Numbered from the stretch's first letter, positions 1 through 11,350 are shown. The stretch is 64,000 nucleotides of DNA from Nitrospinales bacterium (GCA_965223345.1 CBDCWG010000012.1:96001-160000); one strand, 5' to 3'. Notes: generated by a model from the sequence alone, not told the origin. Numbers and translations: made by a program.

Positions 1-414
1 GCCGGTCATGGCCTGCACCACACTCATGTACATCTGGTCCACGTCCGGCAACTCTTCCCGGTCCACCTTGATGCAGATGAAATGTTCGTTGAGCGTGCGC
101 GCCACCTGCTCATCGTCGAAGGACTCGCTCTCCATGACGTGGCACCAGTGGCAGGTGGAATAACCGATGCTCAAAAACACCGGCTTGTTTTCCCGGCGGG
201 CGGTTTCAAAAGCCAGCGGGCTCCAGGGAAACCAGTGGATGGGGTTGCTCGCGTGCTGCAGCAGGTAGGGGCTTTTCTCGTGCACCAGCCGGTTGCTGCG
301 TTTTGCGGCGCCGTCCGCAGCGTGCGCGACGGCGGTACCGCCAGTGCAAGCGAACAAGAACCACACAAAGATCGTGGCGCTCAGGAATGCGAAGAAACGT
401 CGTTCGTCATTCAT
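1..414 (-). CDS. Thioredoxin domain-containing protein (YyaL/SSP411 family), 5' part; continues beyond window start
   Basis: Manual translation from ATG at 414: MNDERRFF...[24 protein letters not shown]...[19 protein letters not shown]...[12 protein letters not shown], the hallmark N-terminus of this family. Not in the ORF track because it is truncated. Confidence 0.9.
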   Translation of the reverse strand, partial: MNDERRFFAFLSATIFVWFLFACTGGTAVAHAADGAAKRSNRLVHEKSPYLLQHASNPIHWFPWSPLAFETARRENKPVFLSIGYSTCHWCHVMESESFDDEQVARTLNEHFICIKVDREELPDVDQMYMSVVQAMTG

Positions 415-483
415 GGTTCGGGTGATCCGGGGTGCGCTTCATTAGCGCGCTCTTGCAGAATGCACGTGGGTGCGCATCCCCAT

Positions 484-936
484 TCACAGATGTTCGACGA
501 TCAGCTTGCCCGCACGCAGGGATTTGAGTTTTTCCGCGATCGGCGTGCGGTGGCAGTGGCTGTGGTCCTTCTCCAGGCACACCAGCACGGCGCCTCCCGG
601 CTCGATCCATTCGGACACCTGGCGCACAGCCGCTTCCTGTCCGGCGAGATGCAGCGCGTATTTCTCCAGAAAGGTCGCGTAATCCTTTCTGTCGTGGTAG
701 CGGCGGCGGATTTCCGGCGGCGCGCCCAATTCCTTCACGTTGACGTATTCGATGCCTTTTTCTGCCAGCGCCTGCGCCAGCAGGTTTTTGGAAAATCCTT
801 TTTTGCGGCTGATCGGGCGTTCGCGCACATCGACGACGAGCCGGATGCCGGCTTTCTGCAAATCCCGCACAAAGGTTTCGATCTCGTAGCCTTCGTATCC
901 GATGGTGTGGAGGACCGGCGTTTGTTTGCGGCTCAT
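484..936 (-). CDS. DUF488 family protein
   Basis: HTIGYEG, VVDVRERPISRKKGFSK and CLEKDHSHCHR motifs; start taken at MSRKQ, overlapping the upstream stop. Confidence 0.85.
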   Translation of the reverse strand: MSRKQTPVLHTIGYEGYEIETFVRDLQKAGIRLVVDVRERPISRKKGFSKNLLAQALAEKGIEYVNVKELGAPPEIRRRYHDRKDYATFLEKYALHLAGQEAAVRQVSEWIEPGGAVLVCLEKDHSHCHRTPIAEKLKSLRAGKLIVEHL

Positions 937-2888
937 TGCGCTTCCTCCCCCTCCCCGGCCGTTTCGATCTCGTGCGTCAGGGTCTCCCATTCCTGCATCA
1001 GGGATTTTTCCTCACCAGCCAGTTGCTGCTGGTCCTTGAGGGTCTGCATGAGCCGGGGTTTTTCGGATTCGTTGTGGATTGTAGGGTTGGCGAGCTCGGT
1101 TTCCAAGCGGTTTTTTTCCTGCAGCACGGTTTCCAGACGCGTTTCCACCTCGGCCAGCCGGGATTTGAGGGGCTTGAGCCTGCGGTGCCGCTCATTGCGG
1201 GCTTCGGCTTCCCGGCGCTTGCGTTCCCGGTCCTTCTGCGCGAGGGAATCCTTTTTCTCGGCGGGCGCGGCGGTCTCCTGCGGCTGCGTTGCCGCCTCGC
1301 GCGCCTTGGCGTATTGGTAGTCGCTGTAATTGCCGGGATACTCCCGCACCGTGTTGTCCGCGATTTCCCACACGCGGTTGACGATGCCGTCGAGGAAAAA
1401 CCGGTCGTGCGAAATGGTGCAGAGGGTGCCCTCGTAATCGGCCAGGGCGGCGGCGAGAAATTCGGTGGAACGCATGTCGAGATGGTTGGTGGGCTCGTCC
1501 AGCAGCAGCAAGGATGCGGGGGAAGCCATCATGCGCGCCAGGGCCAGCCGCGAACGCTCGCCACCGGAAAGCACGCCGACTTTTTTTTCCACGTCGTCGC
1601 CGGTGAACAGAAACGCACCGAGGATGTTGTGTTTTTCGGTGCGCAGCAGGTCGCCCGCCACTTCCTCTAGCGACTGCATGACGGTGTGGGAAGCGTCGAG
1701 GGATTCCGAATGGTGCTGGGCGTAGTAGGCGCGCGTGACGTTGGTGCCGGTTTTGATCTCGCCTTTCTGAAAATCCAGCACACCGGCCATGAGCTTGAGC
1801 AGCGTCGATTTGCCCGCGCCGTTTTCGCCCACCAGCGCGATCTTCCAGCCGCGCTCTAGGTTGGCGGAAAAATTGCGGTAGACCTCGACCGAGCCGTAAC
1901 CCTTATCGACCTCGTCGAGCGTGAGCACGATGCGGCCGGTGCGCGGCGGCTGCGGCAGCCGGAAATGGATCGACTTGGTACTCTGTGCGGTTTCGATGCG
2001 CTCCATTTTGTTCAGCATCTTGATGCGGCTCTGCACCTGCGTCGCCTTGGTGTTTTTGGCGCGAAAGCGTTCGATGAAGCGCTCGACCTCGGCGATGCGG
2101 CGCTGCTGGCCCGCCGCCTGCGCCTTCAGCCGCTCCTCGTTTTCCTTTTTTTGCGTTTCGTAGTCGTCGTAGTTGCCGGTGTACGAAGTGAGGACGCCCC
2201 GGTCCAGCTCGACGATGCGGCCGACCAGGCTGTTCAGAAACCGGCGGTCGTGGGAAATAAGAAGCAGACTGCCCTCGTGCGCTTTCAGAAACGCTTCCAG
2301 CCAGACCACGGAACCCAGGTCGAGGTGGTTGGTGGGCTCATCCAGCAGCAGCACATCGGGCTCCTGCAGCAACAGGCGCGCCAGCTCGACGCGCATGCGC
2401 CAGCCGCCGGATAGCTCGGTCATGCTTTTTTCAAAATCGCCGGTCTTGAATCCGAGCCCGGAGAGGATCTCCTTGGCCTTGGCTTCGCGTCCGTAGCCGC
2501 CGAGCGTTTCGTATTCTTCGTGCAGTGCGCCGATCCGCAGGCCCCACTGTTCGTGGCCGCCGTCTGCCTGCGGCCCCTGCGCTTCCGCCGCCGCGATTTC
2601 CCGCCGCACCCGTTCAAGCCGTTCGTCTCCCTTAAGCACACGCTCAAGCAGCGTCTCGTCGCCGCCCGCCACTTCCTGGGCGAGAAAGGAAACGCGCGCG
2701 CCCTTGCGGATGTGCACGCGGCCGGAATCGGCGGGTTCCTGCTGCGTGATCACTTTGAACAGGGTGGTCTTGCCCATGCCGTTTTCGCCGACCAGGCCGA
2801 CCTTCTCTTTCGGACGCAGGTGGAAACTGGCGTTCTCGAAAAGAACCTTCTTTCCGAACTGTTTTTGCAGGTTTTCGAGGAAAATCAT
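933..2888 (-). CDS. ABC-F family ATP-binding protein
   Basis: Two ABC domains (GENGMGKTT, LSGGW, LLLDEPTNHLD twice), inter-ABC linker, C-terminal coiled coil, no TM segments. Confidence 0.95.
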   Translation of the reverse strand: MIFLENLQKQFGKKVLFENASFHLRPKEKVGLVGENGMGKTTLFKVITQQEPADSGRVHIRKGARVSFLAQEVAGGDETLLERVLKGDERLERVRREIAAAEAQGPQADGGHEQWGLRIGALHEEYETLGGYGREAKAKEILSGLGFKTGDFEKSMTELSGGWRMRVELARLLLQEPDVLLLDEPTNHLDLGSVVWLEAFLKAHEGSLLLISHDRRFLNSLVGRIVELDRGVLTSYTGNYDDYETQKKENEERLKAQAAGQQRRIAEVERFIERFRAKNTKATQVQSRIKMLNKMERIETAQSTKSIHFRLPQPPRTGRIVLTLDEVDKGYGSVEVYRNFSANLERGWKIALVGENGAGKSTLLKLMAGVLDFQKGEIKTGTNVTRAYYAQHHSESLDASHTVMQSLEEVAGDLLRTEKHNILGAFLFTGDDVEKKVGVLSGGERSRLALARMMASPASLLLLDEPTNHLDMRSTEFLAAALADYEGTLCTISHDRFFLDGIVNRVWEIADNTVREYPGNYSDYQYAKAREAATQPQETAAPAEKKDSLAQKDRERKRREAEARNERHRRLKPLKSRLAEVETRLETVLQEKNRLETELANPTIHNESEKPRLMQTLKDQQQLAGEEKSLMQEWETLTHEIETAGEGEEAQ

Positions 2889-2929
2889 GCGGGCAGGATA
2901 TCAGAACCGGCGGGCGGGCTATGCTTTTT

Positions 2930-3904
2930 TTACGCCCGGTACTCTCTGAGCTTGGGATTGAACGCCTCGCGCAGGCCCTCGCCGCACAGGTTGAACGCCA
3001 GCACGACGATGAAGATGGTGAGGCCGGGGATGAACGTGAGCCACGGGGCGTCGAAGATGAACTGCCTGCCGTCGGCGAGGATGTTGCCCCAGGTGGCGTC
3101 GGGGGGCTGCACGCCGAAGCCGAGAAAGCTGAGGGCGGACTCGGTGAGGATGGCGGTGGCCACGCCGATGGTGGCGGACACCAGCACCGGGGCCATGGCG
3201 TTGGGCACCATGTGCACGAAAATGATGCGCCATTCGGGAATGGCCTGGCTGTGCGCGGCGGCGACGAAATCCTGTTCGCGCAGCGACAGAAACTCGGCGC
3301 GCACGAAACGGGCGGTGCCCATCCAGCTGGTGAGGCCGATCACGATCATGATGTTGTAGATGCTGGGAGGCAAGAGCGCCACCACGGTGAGGATGAGGAA
3401 AAACGCGGGAAAGCACAGCATGATGTCCACAAAACGCATGATGAGCGTATCGACGGTCATGATGCCGAGCTTCACGCGGCCGTAAAACCCGGCGAGCCCG
3501 CCAAGCAGCACGCCCACCGATATGGAGATGCCGACGGCGATGAATCCGACGGTGAGCGACACCGAGGTGCCTTCGAGCATGCGCGCGAACACGTCGCGTC
3601 CCAACTCGTCGGTACCCATAAAATAGACGCCGAAGGCGGGCGCGTCTTCATCGGGCACCAGACCGCCGTTGAAGGTGGAAAGCGGCGGTTTGAATTTTTC
3701 CGAAAGGCGCACTGTCTGCGGATCGAACACGACGATGTAGCGCGTGAGCACTTTGCCCAGCACGGCGAGCAGCAAAAATCCGATGAGAAACCAGAAACTC
3801 GCGTGCGCCATGCGGTTGCGCTTGAAGATCTGCCAGCGTTCCTGAAACAGGCTCATCTGCGGCTTCAGCGCATCGGCTTCCAGTGTGCGGGCTTCGTCGT
3901 TCAC
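2930..3904 (-). CDS. Peptide/nickel ABC transporter permease (DppC/OppC-like)
   Basis: GTDELGRDVFAR, EAA-like loop, ESALSFLGFG, PTWG-like motif. Confidence 0.92.
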   Translation of the reverse strand: MNDEARTLEADALKPQMSLFQERWQIFKRNRMAHASFWFLIGFLLLAVLGKVLTRYIVVFDPQTVRLSEKFKPPLSTFNGGLVPDEDAPAFGVYFMGTDELGRDVFARMLEGTSVSLTVGFIAVGISISVGVLLGGLAGFYGRVKLGIMTVDTLIMRFVDIMLCFPAFFLILTVVALLPPSIYNIMIVIGLTSWMGTARFVRAEFLSLREQDFVAAAHSQAIPEWRIIFVHMVPNAMAPVLVSATIGVATAILTESALSFLGFGVQPPDATWGNILADGRQFIFDAPWLTFIPGLTIFIVVLAFNLCGEGLREAFNPKLREYRA

Positions 3905-3914
3905 GTCCGGTTCC

Positions 3915-4874
3915 TCATAGCTTGATGCGCGGGTCCGCCACCGCGTACAGAATGTCGGAGATCAGCGTGCCCGCCAGCACCAGGATCGCGGCGATGAAGT
4001 TGAGCGTCAGGATCACGGGAAAATCCCGCGCCAGGATCGCCTCGTAGCCGAGCTTGCCGAGGCCGGGCCAGGCGAAGATGGTCTCGAAAATCACCGAGCC
4101 GCCGATGAGCGCCGGGATGGTCAGACCGAACAGGGTGATGAAGGTCAAAAGGGCGTTGCGCAGGCCGTGCTTGTAGATCACCACATCCTCGGACAACCCC
4201 TTGGCCCGGGCGGTGCGCATGTAGTCCTGGTTGATGACTTCGAGCATCTGCGAGCGCACGTAGCGGGAGAGCACCGCGGTCCCGGCGACGGCAGACATGA
4301 GCGCCGGTATGGTGAGGTGCCAGAGGCGGTCCATCGATTGAAACAGCAGCGCGGAATTTTCCAGGCCGAACGTGCGCATGCCGATCACCGGCACGTCGAA
4401 GGTCTGCACCATGTAGATGATGACGATGTAGGACAGGAAAAAACCGGGGATCGAGATCAGGGCGTAGGACAACAGGGTCCCCGTGTGATCGAGGATGGAC
4501 CCGCGATTGACGGCGCCCTGGATGCCGACGGGAAAGGCCAGAAACCAGGTGATCAGGGTGCCCAGCAAAAACAGCGGCAGGGAATTCAGAAACCGTTCCC
4601 AGATTTTTTCCAGCACCGGCCGGCCGTCCTTGAATGATTTGAGTTCACCGGTGAACAGGTCGCGCATCCAGTACGCGTACTGCACGGTGAGCGGTTCGTC
4701 GAGGTGGAAGGCGGCGCGGATGCGCTGGATGTCCTCGGGCTTCAGCATGGGATTGGACGGATCGACGAGACTCGGCTCTCCCGGCGCGAGGTGCACGATG
4801 GTGTGCGAGATGATCGAAACGAAAAACAACAGTATGATTTTCTGCCCGATGTTTCTGAGGATGAAGTTGGTCAT
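3915..4874 (-). CDS. Peptide/nickel ABC transporter permease (DppB/OppB-like)
   Basis: DYMRTARAKGL, ETIFAWPGLG and C-terminal DPRI motifs. Confidence 0.92.
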   Translation of the reverse strand: MTNFILRNIGQKIILLFFVSIISHTIVHLAPGEPSLVDPSNPMLKPEDIQRIRAAFHLDEPLTVQYAYWMRDLFTGELKSFKDGRPVLEKIWERFLNSLPLFLLGTLITWFLAFPVGIQGAVNRGSILDHTGTLLSYALISIPGFFLSYIVIIYMVQTFDVPVIGMRTFGLENSALLFQSMDRLWHLTIPALMSAVAGTAVLSRYVRSQMLEVINQDYMRTARAKGLSEDVVIYKHGLRNALLTFITLFGLTIPALIGGSVIFETIFAWPGLGKLGYEAILARDFPVILTLNFIAAILVLAGTLISDILYAVADPRIKL

Positions 4875-4940
4875 TGCCGTTAAAAGCCCGTGTGACCGGC
4901 CGCTTGCAACCGTCGGAGTTTCTTCGTTATACTTCGCGAT

Positions 4941-5690
4941 ATGGACATTCTACAACTCAGTCATTATCTGGACAACCTGCTCGACATCCGCGCCATCAAG
5001 GACGCGCCCAACGCGGTGAACGGCCTGCAGGTGCAGAACACCGGCGAGATCCGCCGGGTCGGTCTTGCGGTGGATGTGTGCGCGGCGACGATCGCGATGG
5101 CCGCCGAGCAAAAGTGTAACATGCTCTTTGTGCATCACGGATTATTTTGGGGCGGGCTGCAACCGATCCGCGGGACGTATTACGACAAGCTCGCGGCGAT
5201 GCTCCGGGCCAATCTGGGCCTGTACGCGGCGCACATCCCGCTCGACATGCACCCGGTGCTGGGCAACAACCGGACGCTCGCCGATTGCATCGGCCTGTCG
5301 CAGCTCAAACCGTTCGGGGAATACGACGGGCAGAAAATCGGGCTGAAAGGCGAGATCGCCCCGCAGAGCGCACAGGCTTTGGGAAAATCGCTGGAGAAAA
5401 AACTCGGCGCGCCGGTGCGCGTGATCGGCGAAGGCGAGGTGCGCACGGTGGGGCTGGTGACCGGCGGCGCGGCGGACATCCTGCGGCAGGCGCAGCGCGA
5501 GCCGCTGGACTGCTACATCACCGGCGAAGGCTCCAACCACCACTTCCACGAAGCGATGGAAGGAAACTGCGTGCTGATCCTGGCCGGGCACTACGCCACC
5601 GAAACCGGCGGCGTGCGTGCGGTCGGCCGTCACCTGGAAGAAAAGTTCAGCCTAGAGACGGCCTTTCTCGACCATCCTACAGGCATGTGA
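4941..5690 (+). CDS. Nif3-like dinuclear metal centre hexameric protein
   Basis: NGLQV, VHHGLFW, HIPLDMHP and AGHYATE motifs. Confidence 0.93.
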   Translation: MDILQLSHYLDNLLDIRAIKDAPNAVNGLQVQNTGEIRRVGLAVDVCAATIAMAAEQKCNMLFVHHGLFWGGLQPIRGTYYDKLAAMLRANLGLYAAHIPLDMHPVLGNNRTLADCIGLSQLKPFGEYDGQKIGLKGEIAPQSAQALGKSLEKKLGAPVRVIGEGEVRTVGLVTGGAADILRQAQREPLDCYITGEGSNHHFHEAMEGNCVLILAGHYATETGGVRAVGRHLEEKFSLETAFLDHPTGM

Positions 5691-5696
5691 AACCCC

Positions 5697-6113
5697 TCAA
5701 TGCCCGATCTCGATGTTCGTGGGAGACTCTTCCCACAAATACAGCTGATTGCGTGCGCCGAACTGCAACGGATAGATGTGGCCGGCGGTGTGGTAGACCA
5801 CGCAGTTGTCGTAGCCTTCGTGCCATCCCACCCTGTATTCGGATTGCGACGCGTACTGGCTTTCGTCTTTGATGAATCCGTAGGCGGGATTGTTGGCACA
5901 GGCGTGGCCGCTGTCGCAACCGTCGCGGAACCCGCGCTTGAACTCGACGGACTTGTCGGAACCGACTTTGCGATCGACTTCCGCGAGCGTCGTGGCTTTG
6001 GGGCCGCGTTCGAACAGGGGTGACCCGGCGAAGAAGGGTTCGTAGGTCGTGCAGCCGGAAACGGCGACGGCAAGGCACAGCAGGGCCCACCGCCAAGAGG
6101 ATACTTTGAACAT
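5697..6113 (-). CDS. Hypothetical lipoprotein
   Basis: Lipobox VSGC after a hydrophobic stretch; GFRDGCDSG and YRVGWHEGYDNC motifs. Confidence 0.7.
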   Translation of the reverse strand: MFKVSSWRWALLCLAVAVSGCTTYEPFFAGSPLFERGPKATTLAEVDRKVGSDKSVEFKRGFRDGCDSGHACANNPAYGFIKDESQYASQSEYRVGWHEGYDNCVVYHTAGHIYPLQFGARNQLYLWEESPTNIEIGH

Positions 6114-6196
6114 GGATCGCTCCTTGAACCTGCGGAAGCGCACCGGTTACATGCGGTTCGCTCCCTATCCTCCTGCGCTGCCCCGGCCCCCCAGGG

Positions 6197-7021
6197 TTAA
6201 AACGAAAATCGGTATTTCTGAAACAGTTCCGGCGTGACCACGCTGGCCCCTTCCTTGCGCACTTCCTGCTCGATGCGCTTGATCGCCATGTCGCGGATGA
6301 AGGGAATGGGAATGCGCATGACTTTGTTCAGCGCTTCCTCCTGCCATTCGAGGCCAAGCTCCGGCGGTTTCTCTTTTTCTTTTTCGATCTGCTCGTCGCG
6401 TTTCAAATCCTCTTCGGTGACTTCCATGCCCATGGCTTCCTTGGCCGATGCGGGCATGATGTTGGTGAACACTTCCTCGATGATGCCGGGGTTCACCATC
6501 TTGTCGCCGCGTTCGCGGGCGCGGGCCTCGATGGTCTGCTTGGCCATGCCGAGAACGAAGGGCGGCACTTTTTCCATCTTCGCGAGCGCTTCCTTGCTCC
6601 AGGGCATTCCCGAAGTGGGCGCGACGTCCATGTAGTTTTTGAATTTGTCGATGATGTCGTCTTTCTTCTCGGTGCGCAGCGCGAGAAAGTCCTGGATCTC
6701 TTCGATCACCTCGACCTTTCTCGGGCTCTCTTTCATTTTCTCTTTGGCCTCTTCGAACGCGCCCATGGACAGTTCCTCGAAACCGAACTGCTTGACGCGC
6801 TTGGAGACCAGCATCATCGATTCGTTCCTGATTTCCGTCAGAAAGTCGGATTTGATGATTTTATAACCGCGCTTGACGGCGCGCTGCACCATCAGCTTCT
6901 TGATGCCGGGGCGCACGAATTCGGGGGCGTGCTTGATGCGGTCCCAGGCTTCCTGGGTCCACACGACGCCGTTTTCGTCGGCGTAAGGGTGTTCGATGCC
7001 CTCAATCTGCATGCTTTTCAT
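6197..7021 (-). CDS. Protein with three PCP_red-like (protochlorophyllide reductase C-terminal) domains
   Basis: Three W-x-x-EA...P-x-F-(V/I)...A...G repeats: WTQEAW..APEFVR, WSKEAL..VPPFVL, WQEEAL..IPIPFIR. Confidence 0.75.
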   Translation of the reverse strand: MKSMQIEGIEHPYADENGVVWTQEAWDRIKHAPEFVRPGIKKLMVQRAVKRGYKIIKSDFLTEIRNESMMLVSKRVKQFGFEELSMGAFEEAKEKMKESPRKVEVIEEIQDFLALRTEKKDDIIDKFKNYMDVAPTSGMPWSKEALAKMEKVPPFVLGMAKQTIEARARERGDKMVNPGIIEEVFTNIMPASAKEAMGMEVTEEDLKRDEQIEKEKEKPPELGLEWQEEALNKVMRIPIPFIRDMAIKRIEQEVRKEGASVVTPELFQKYRFSF

Positions 7022-7151
7022 AGGCTTGAGCGGGACCGGGCCCGCGTGAGTTTGTCTGGATTTTTCACTTAAAAACTACTTGAACCGGCAGGGGATGTCA
7101 ATTATTTTGCAGGGTTTTAAAACCCGCTCGCATGTTGTATAAATTATTAAA

Positions 7152-10100
7152 ATGAAACGTCCCCCAATCATTTATTTCCTGTTTTTCCTCTCGGGAATCA
7201 CGGCGCTGGTCTACGAGATCGTCTGGACGCGCATGTTGACACTGGTTTTCGGGCACACGGTGTTCTCCGTCTCGGTGGTGCTGGCGGCGTTCATGGCCGG
7301 GCTCGGCACCGGAAGCTATCTTTTCGGCCATGCGATCGACGTGCTTTCGGCGCGCCGGCGCGCGCATCCGGACGGCGAGCCACAACCGGCGGAAAATGAA
7401 CCGGAGCCGGCGCCGGTCTCGCTGCTGGTTTATGGGTGGATCGAAATCGGTGTGTTCGTGCTCTGCGCCCTGCTTTCGCTGTTACTCGCGAATTTTTCCA
7501 CGTTTTACGCCTGGATCCATATCTGGCTTCCGGAATCGGCGGCGCTGCACAATATGGTGAAGGCGCTGCTGGCGTTCGGGTTCATTTTTGTGCCGACCAC
7601 GCTGATGGGCGCGACGCTGCCGATCATCACCAAATACTATGTGACGGACAATTCCAGGTTGGGAACGCAGGTGGGCATCCTGTACGGCATCAACACGCTG
7701 GGTGCAGCGCTGGGCTGTCTGTTGACGGGGTTCGTGCTGATCAATTTGCTGGGCGTGCTGCAGACGGTGCTGCTGACGGCCGGCGTGAATCTTTTCATCG
7801 GCATCAGCGCCATCCGCATCTACCAGGACTCGGGCGGTTCCGAATGGAAACCCGCCTTCTCCGGATGGAGCCTGCCGCGCCTCGATTTCAGCCGCGAGCA
7901 GAAAACCTGGATGGCGATCAGTTTCCTGTGCGGGTTTTCGGCGCTGGCTTACGAGGTGGTGTGGACGCGGCTGCTGGTGTTCAGCATTTCCAGCACGGTG
8001 TATTCGCTCAGCATGATGCTCGCGGTGTTTCTTCTGGGCATCGTTCTCGGCAGTGTGCTGGCGGTGTTCGTGATCCGAAAGGTGAACGATCTGCGCGCAG
8101 CCCTGATTGCGCTGCAGGCCGGGGTCGGGCTGTTCGTGATCGGCTCGCTGTTCAACATGAACGCGCTGCTGTCGCCGCCCTGGAACAGCTACCGCCTGAC
8201 GGATGCGGCCTACACGCTGCTGCAGTATTTCAAGGATTCCTCCAGCCTCATGCTGGTGCCGACCATTTTTCTGGGCATGAGTTTTCCCCATCCTCATCAA
8301 ACTGGTCTCGGGCGACCACGAGCACGTGGGACGCGGCACGGGGCAGATCTACGCGTCGAACACGCTGGGGGCGATTCTCGGGTCGCTGATGATGGGATTC
8401 TGGATCCTGCCCGGCCTCGGCAGCCAGTTCAGCCTGATGGGGATCGCCGCGCTCAACCTGCTGGTGGCGATCCTGCTGTTTGTCACCGGCCCGTACTTGA
8501 GCGCCGGCGTGCGCAAGGGCCTGGCGGCGGCGGGCCTGGCTGTGGTGCTGTTTCTTTTCATCGCCACGCCCAAGGATCTTTTGGACGCTTTTTTCATGCG
8601 CGACAGCGCCGGCAAGCGCAGCCAGAATAAACTCATGTACTTCGAGGAAGGCCTGACCGACACGGTCGCGGTGTTCAAGGACGAATACGGCCTGCTCGAC
8701 CCGGACGCCAAGCGGCTGATCACCAACGGGATCTCGATGTCGGCGTCCAACGTCATCGCCTCGCGCTACATGAAACTGTTCGCGCACGTCCCGATCCTGC
8801 TGGTGGACTCGCCGGACGACGTGCTGGTGGTGTGCTTCGGCACCGGGCAGACCACGGGGGCGGCGGGCATCCACCCGAACGTGAAATCGGTGGACAGCCT
8901 GGAGCTTTCCGCAAGCGTGATCCGCGCGGGAACCGTGTTCGCAAAAGAAAACCACGATGTGCTCAACAACCCGAAGGTGAACATCGTTCTGCAGGACGGC
9001 CGCAATCACCTGCTGACCACGAAAAAGCGCTACGACGTGATCACCTCCGAACCGCCGCCGCCGAGAACGGCGTTCACGGTCAACCTGTACACGCGCGAAT
9101 ACTACGAGCTGGCACTGAACCGCCTGAAGCCCGGCGGCATCGTGGCGCAGTGGATTCCGCTGCACAGCCAGGGCGAAAAGGAGGTGGCGATGCACTTCAA
9201 AACCTTCCTTTCGGTGTTTCCGCATGCGATGGCGTGGATGTCGGTGGCCAATGAAATCCTGATCATCGGATCGGACCGGCCGCTCAACATCGACCTGAAG
9301 CGGCTGGAGAAACGCATGCAGCATCCTGTGGTGCGCGCGGCGATGGCGGAAATCGAAATCCCCGACGCGCTCTCGCTGCTCGGCAATATCTGGCTGCTGG
9401 AGGAACAGATGCGGGCGTTGTCCGCCGGATATCCGGTCATCACCGACAACCGGCCGCACATCGAATTCTATCTCGACCTGGGCGAGGCCATCGGCATCGG
9501 CGGGCGCGAGCGCTACGTGTTCAACCGGGTGCCGTTCGAGGATCTGGCCGCACGGATCACGTCGCTGGATGCCGCCAGCCGCAAGCGGCTCAAAAAGCAG
9601 TACCGGATGATGGACCTGTATCAGCGCGGCGTCATGTACGGCAACCGCGGCCAGCTTCTCAAGGCCATGGCGCTCGCGCCGGAAAGCGGGCTGATCCGCT
9701 ACCACCTGCAGGCGGGCCGGACGCAGGTGGCGCACCTCATCGAAGAGGTGGAGGCGGACCCGGAAAACATCGACGCGCTGATGAACCTCGGCCACACCTA
9801 TTACCAGGTGGGCGACCACGCGAAAAGCCTGGAGATTTTCGACCGGGTGCTGGCGAAAAACCCCGATCACAGCTACGCCCACCTGTACAAGGCGCAGAGC
9901 CTTCTGGAGATGGGGCGCGGCGCGCAGGCCAAGGAACACTTCGAAGCGGTCGCAAAAAAGGACCCGCGCCAGATCCGGGCGGCGATGCGCGACATCGGCC
10001 TCATCGAGCTGTTGAAAAAGCTCGACGAAAATCCTGAAAACCAGGGTCTTCTGGTTTCGACGGCGCAGTATTACAACATGAAGAAAGAATACCTCAAGGC

Positions 10101-10407
10101 GCTCGACCATTCCCTCAAGGCGCTCGAGAAAGATCCTCTCAATGTGCAGACCCTGCAGAGCATCGTCTTCAGCTACCGCGGTCTCGGCGAGGCCGGCGAG
10201 GTGCTCGATTTCGCCGGCCGCTACCGCATGGTGGACAAGGAAGACATCCACCTGGAATTCATACTGGGTGAGATCCACGCCAAGACCTTGAATTGCGAAA
10301 AAGCCATCCCCTTCCTGGAAAACGTGCTGAAAAAAAACGACCGCTACCCGAACGCGCGCAAGCTGCTGCGAGGCTGCCAGCGCGAGGTTGCGACGCCCAA
10401 AGCCTGA
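7152..10407 (+). pseudogene. Fused membrane (MFS-like)/spermidine synthase-like/TPR protein, interrupted by a single-base frameshift near 8286-8289 (may be a sequencing error)
   Basis: ORF 7152-8630 has SG.TAL.YEIVW.R membrane repeats. ORF 8326-10407 has G.IYASNTLG, DGRNHL, YDVITSEPP, LYTREYY and TPRs. Removing one C from TTTTCCCC joins them: MSFPILIKLVSGDHEHVGRGTGQIYASN. Confidence 0.75.
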
Positions 10408-10571
10408 AAGGGCGGTCCGGTTTTTGAGCCCTAAAGGGCGTTGAATGCTTTGTTTTTTTTCAGGGTTTCCAACTGAGAAATCACATCAAAATCGGAATAG
10501 GTGTCCTTACTTGAATAATTTGCGCGGCTATGGTAGTTTTCGGTATCAAATTAAAAGGAGGAGAAGGTGCT

Positions 10572-10772
10572 ATGCCCGCAGGAAAGGTGAAGTGGTTCAA
10601 TGATCAGAAAGGATATGGATTCATTGTATCCGATGAGGGCGAAGAAGTGTTCGTCCATTTTTCCGCGATTCAGGGTGAGGGTTTCAAGACGTTGAAGGAA
10701 GGGCAGGAAGTCGAATTCGAAAAAAGCCAGGGCCCCAAAGGGCCGCAGGCGGCGAACGTGATCCCGAAATAA
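10572..10772 (+). CDS. Cold-shock domain protein (CspA family)
   Basis: [30 protein letters not shown]; strong RBS GGAGGAG upstream. Confidence 0.97.
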   Translation: MPAGKVKWFNDQKGYGFIVSDEGEEVFVHFSAIQGEGFKTLKEGQEVEFEKSQGPKGPQAANVIPK

Positions 10773-10791
10773 TCCGCAACCTTTTTTCCCG

Positions 10792-10823
10792 ACCGGCAGT
10801 GCAGTTCTCTGCCGGTTTTTTTT
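10792..10823 (+). terminator. Rho-independent terminator after csp
   Basis: ACCGGCAG...CTGCCGGT stem followed by a T-run. Confidence 0.8.
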
Positions 10824-10849
10824 GTCCGATTCACGAGAGGTCTGTTGGC

Positions 10850-11347
10850 ATGGCGAAAAATTCTACGTTTGACATCGTTTCGGTCACCGACGCCGCGGAA
10901 GTGCAAAACGCGGTCAATCAGTCGATGGCGGAAATCCGGCAGCGCTACGATTTCAAGAAAAGCAAAAGCGAGATCACTTTTGATAAAAAGGACAACCAGA
11001 TCGTGCTGGTTTCGGACAACGAGGGGAAACTGAAATCGGTGGTGGACATCCTGGAAGGCAAGCTGATCCGGCGCAAGGTTTCCCTCAAGGCGCTCGATTA
11101 CGGCAAGGTCGAGCTGGCTTCGGGCGACACGGTGCGGCAGACCGTGAAACTGCAACAGGGCATCCCGCAGGAAAAAGGCAAAGAGATCGCGAAATTCATC
11201 AAGGGCATGAAGCTCAAGGTGCAAAGCCAGGTGATGGACGATCAGTTGCGGGTCACGGGCAAAAACCGCGACGACCTTCAGGAAGTGATCGCCGGGCTCA
11301 AGCAGAAGGATTTCGGCATCGACATGAGCTTCACCAACTACCGCTGA
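10850..11347 (+). CDS. yajQ: YajQ family nucleotide/c-di-GMP-binding protein
   Basis: STFDIVS, RYDFK, LKVQSQ, LRVTGKNRDDLQ, C-terminal FTNYR. Confidence 0.95.
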   Translation: MAKNSTFDIVSVTDAAEVQNAVNQSMAEIRQRYDFKKSKSEITFDKKDNQIVLVSDNEGKLKSVVDILEGKLIRRKVSLKALDYGKVELASGDTVRQTVKLQQGIPQEKGKEIAKFIKGMKLKVQSQVMDDQLRVTGKNRDDLQEVIAGLKQKDFGIDMSFTNYR

Positions 11348-11350
11348 AAC

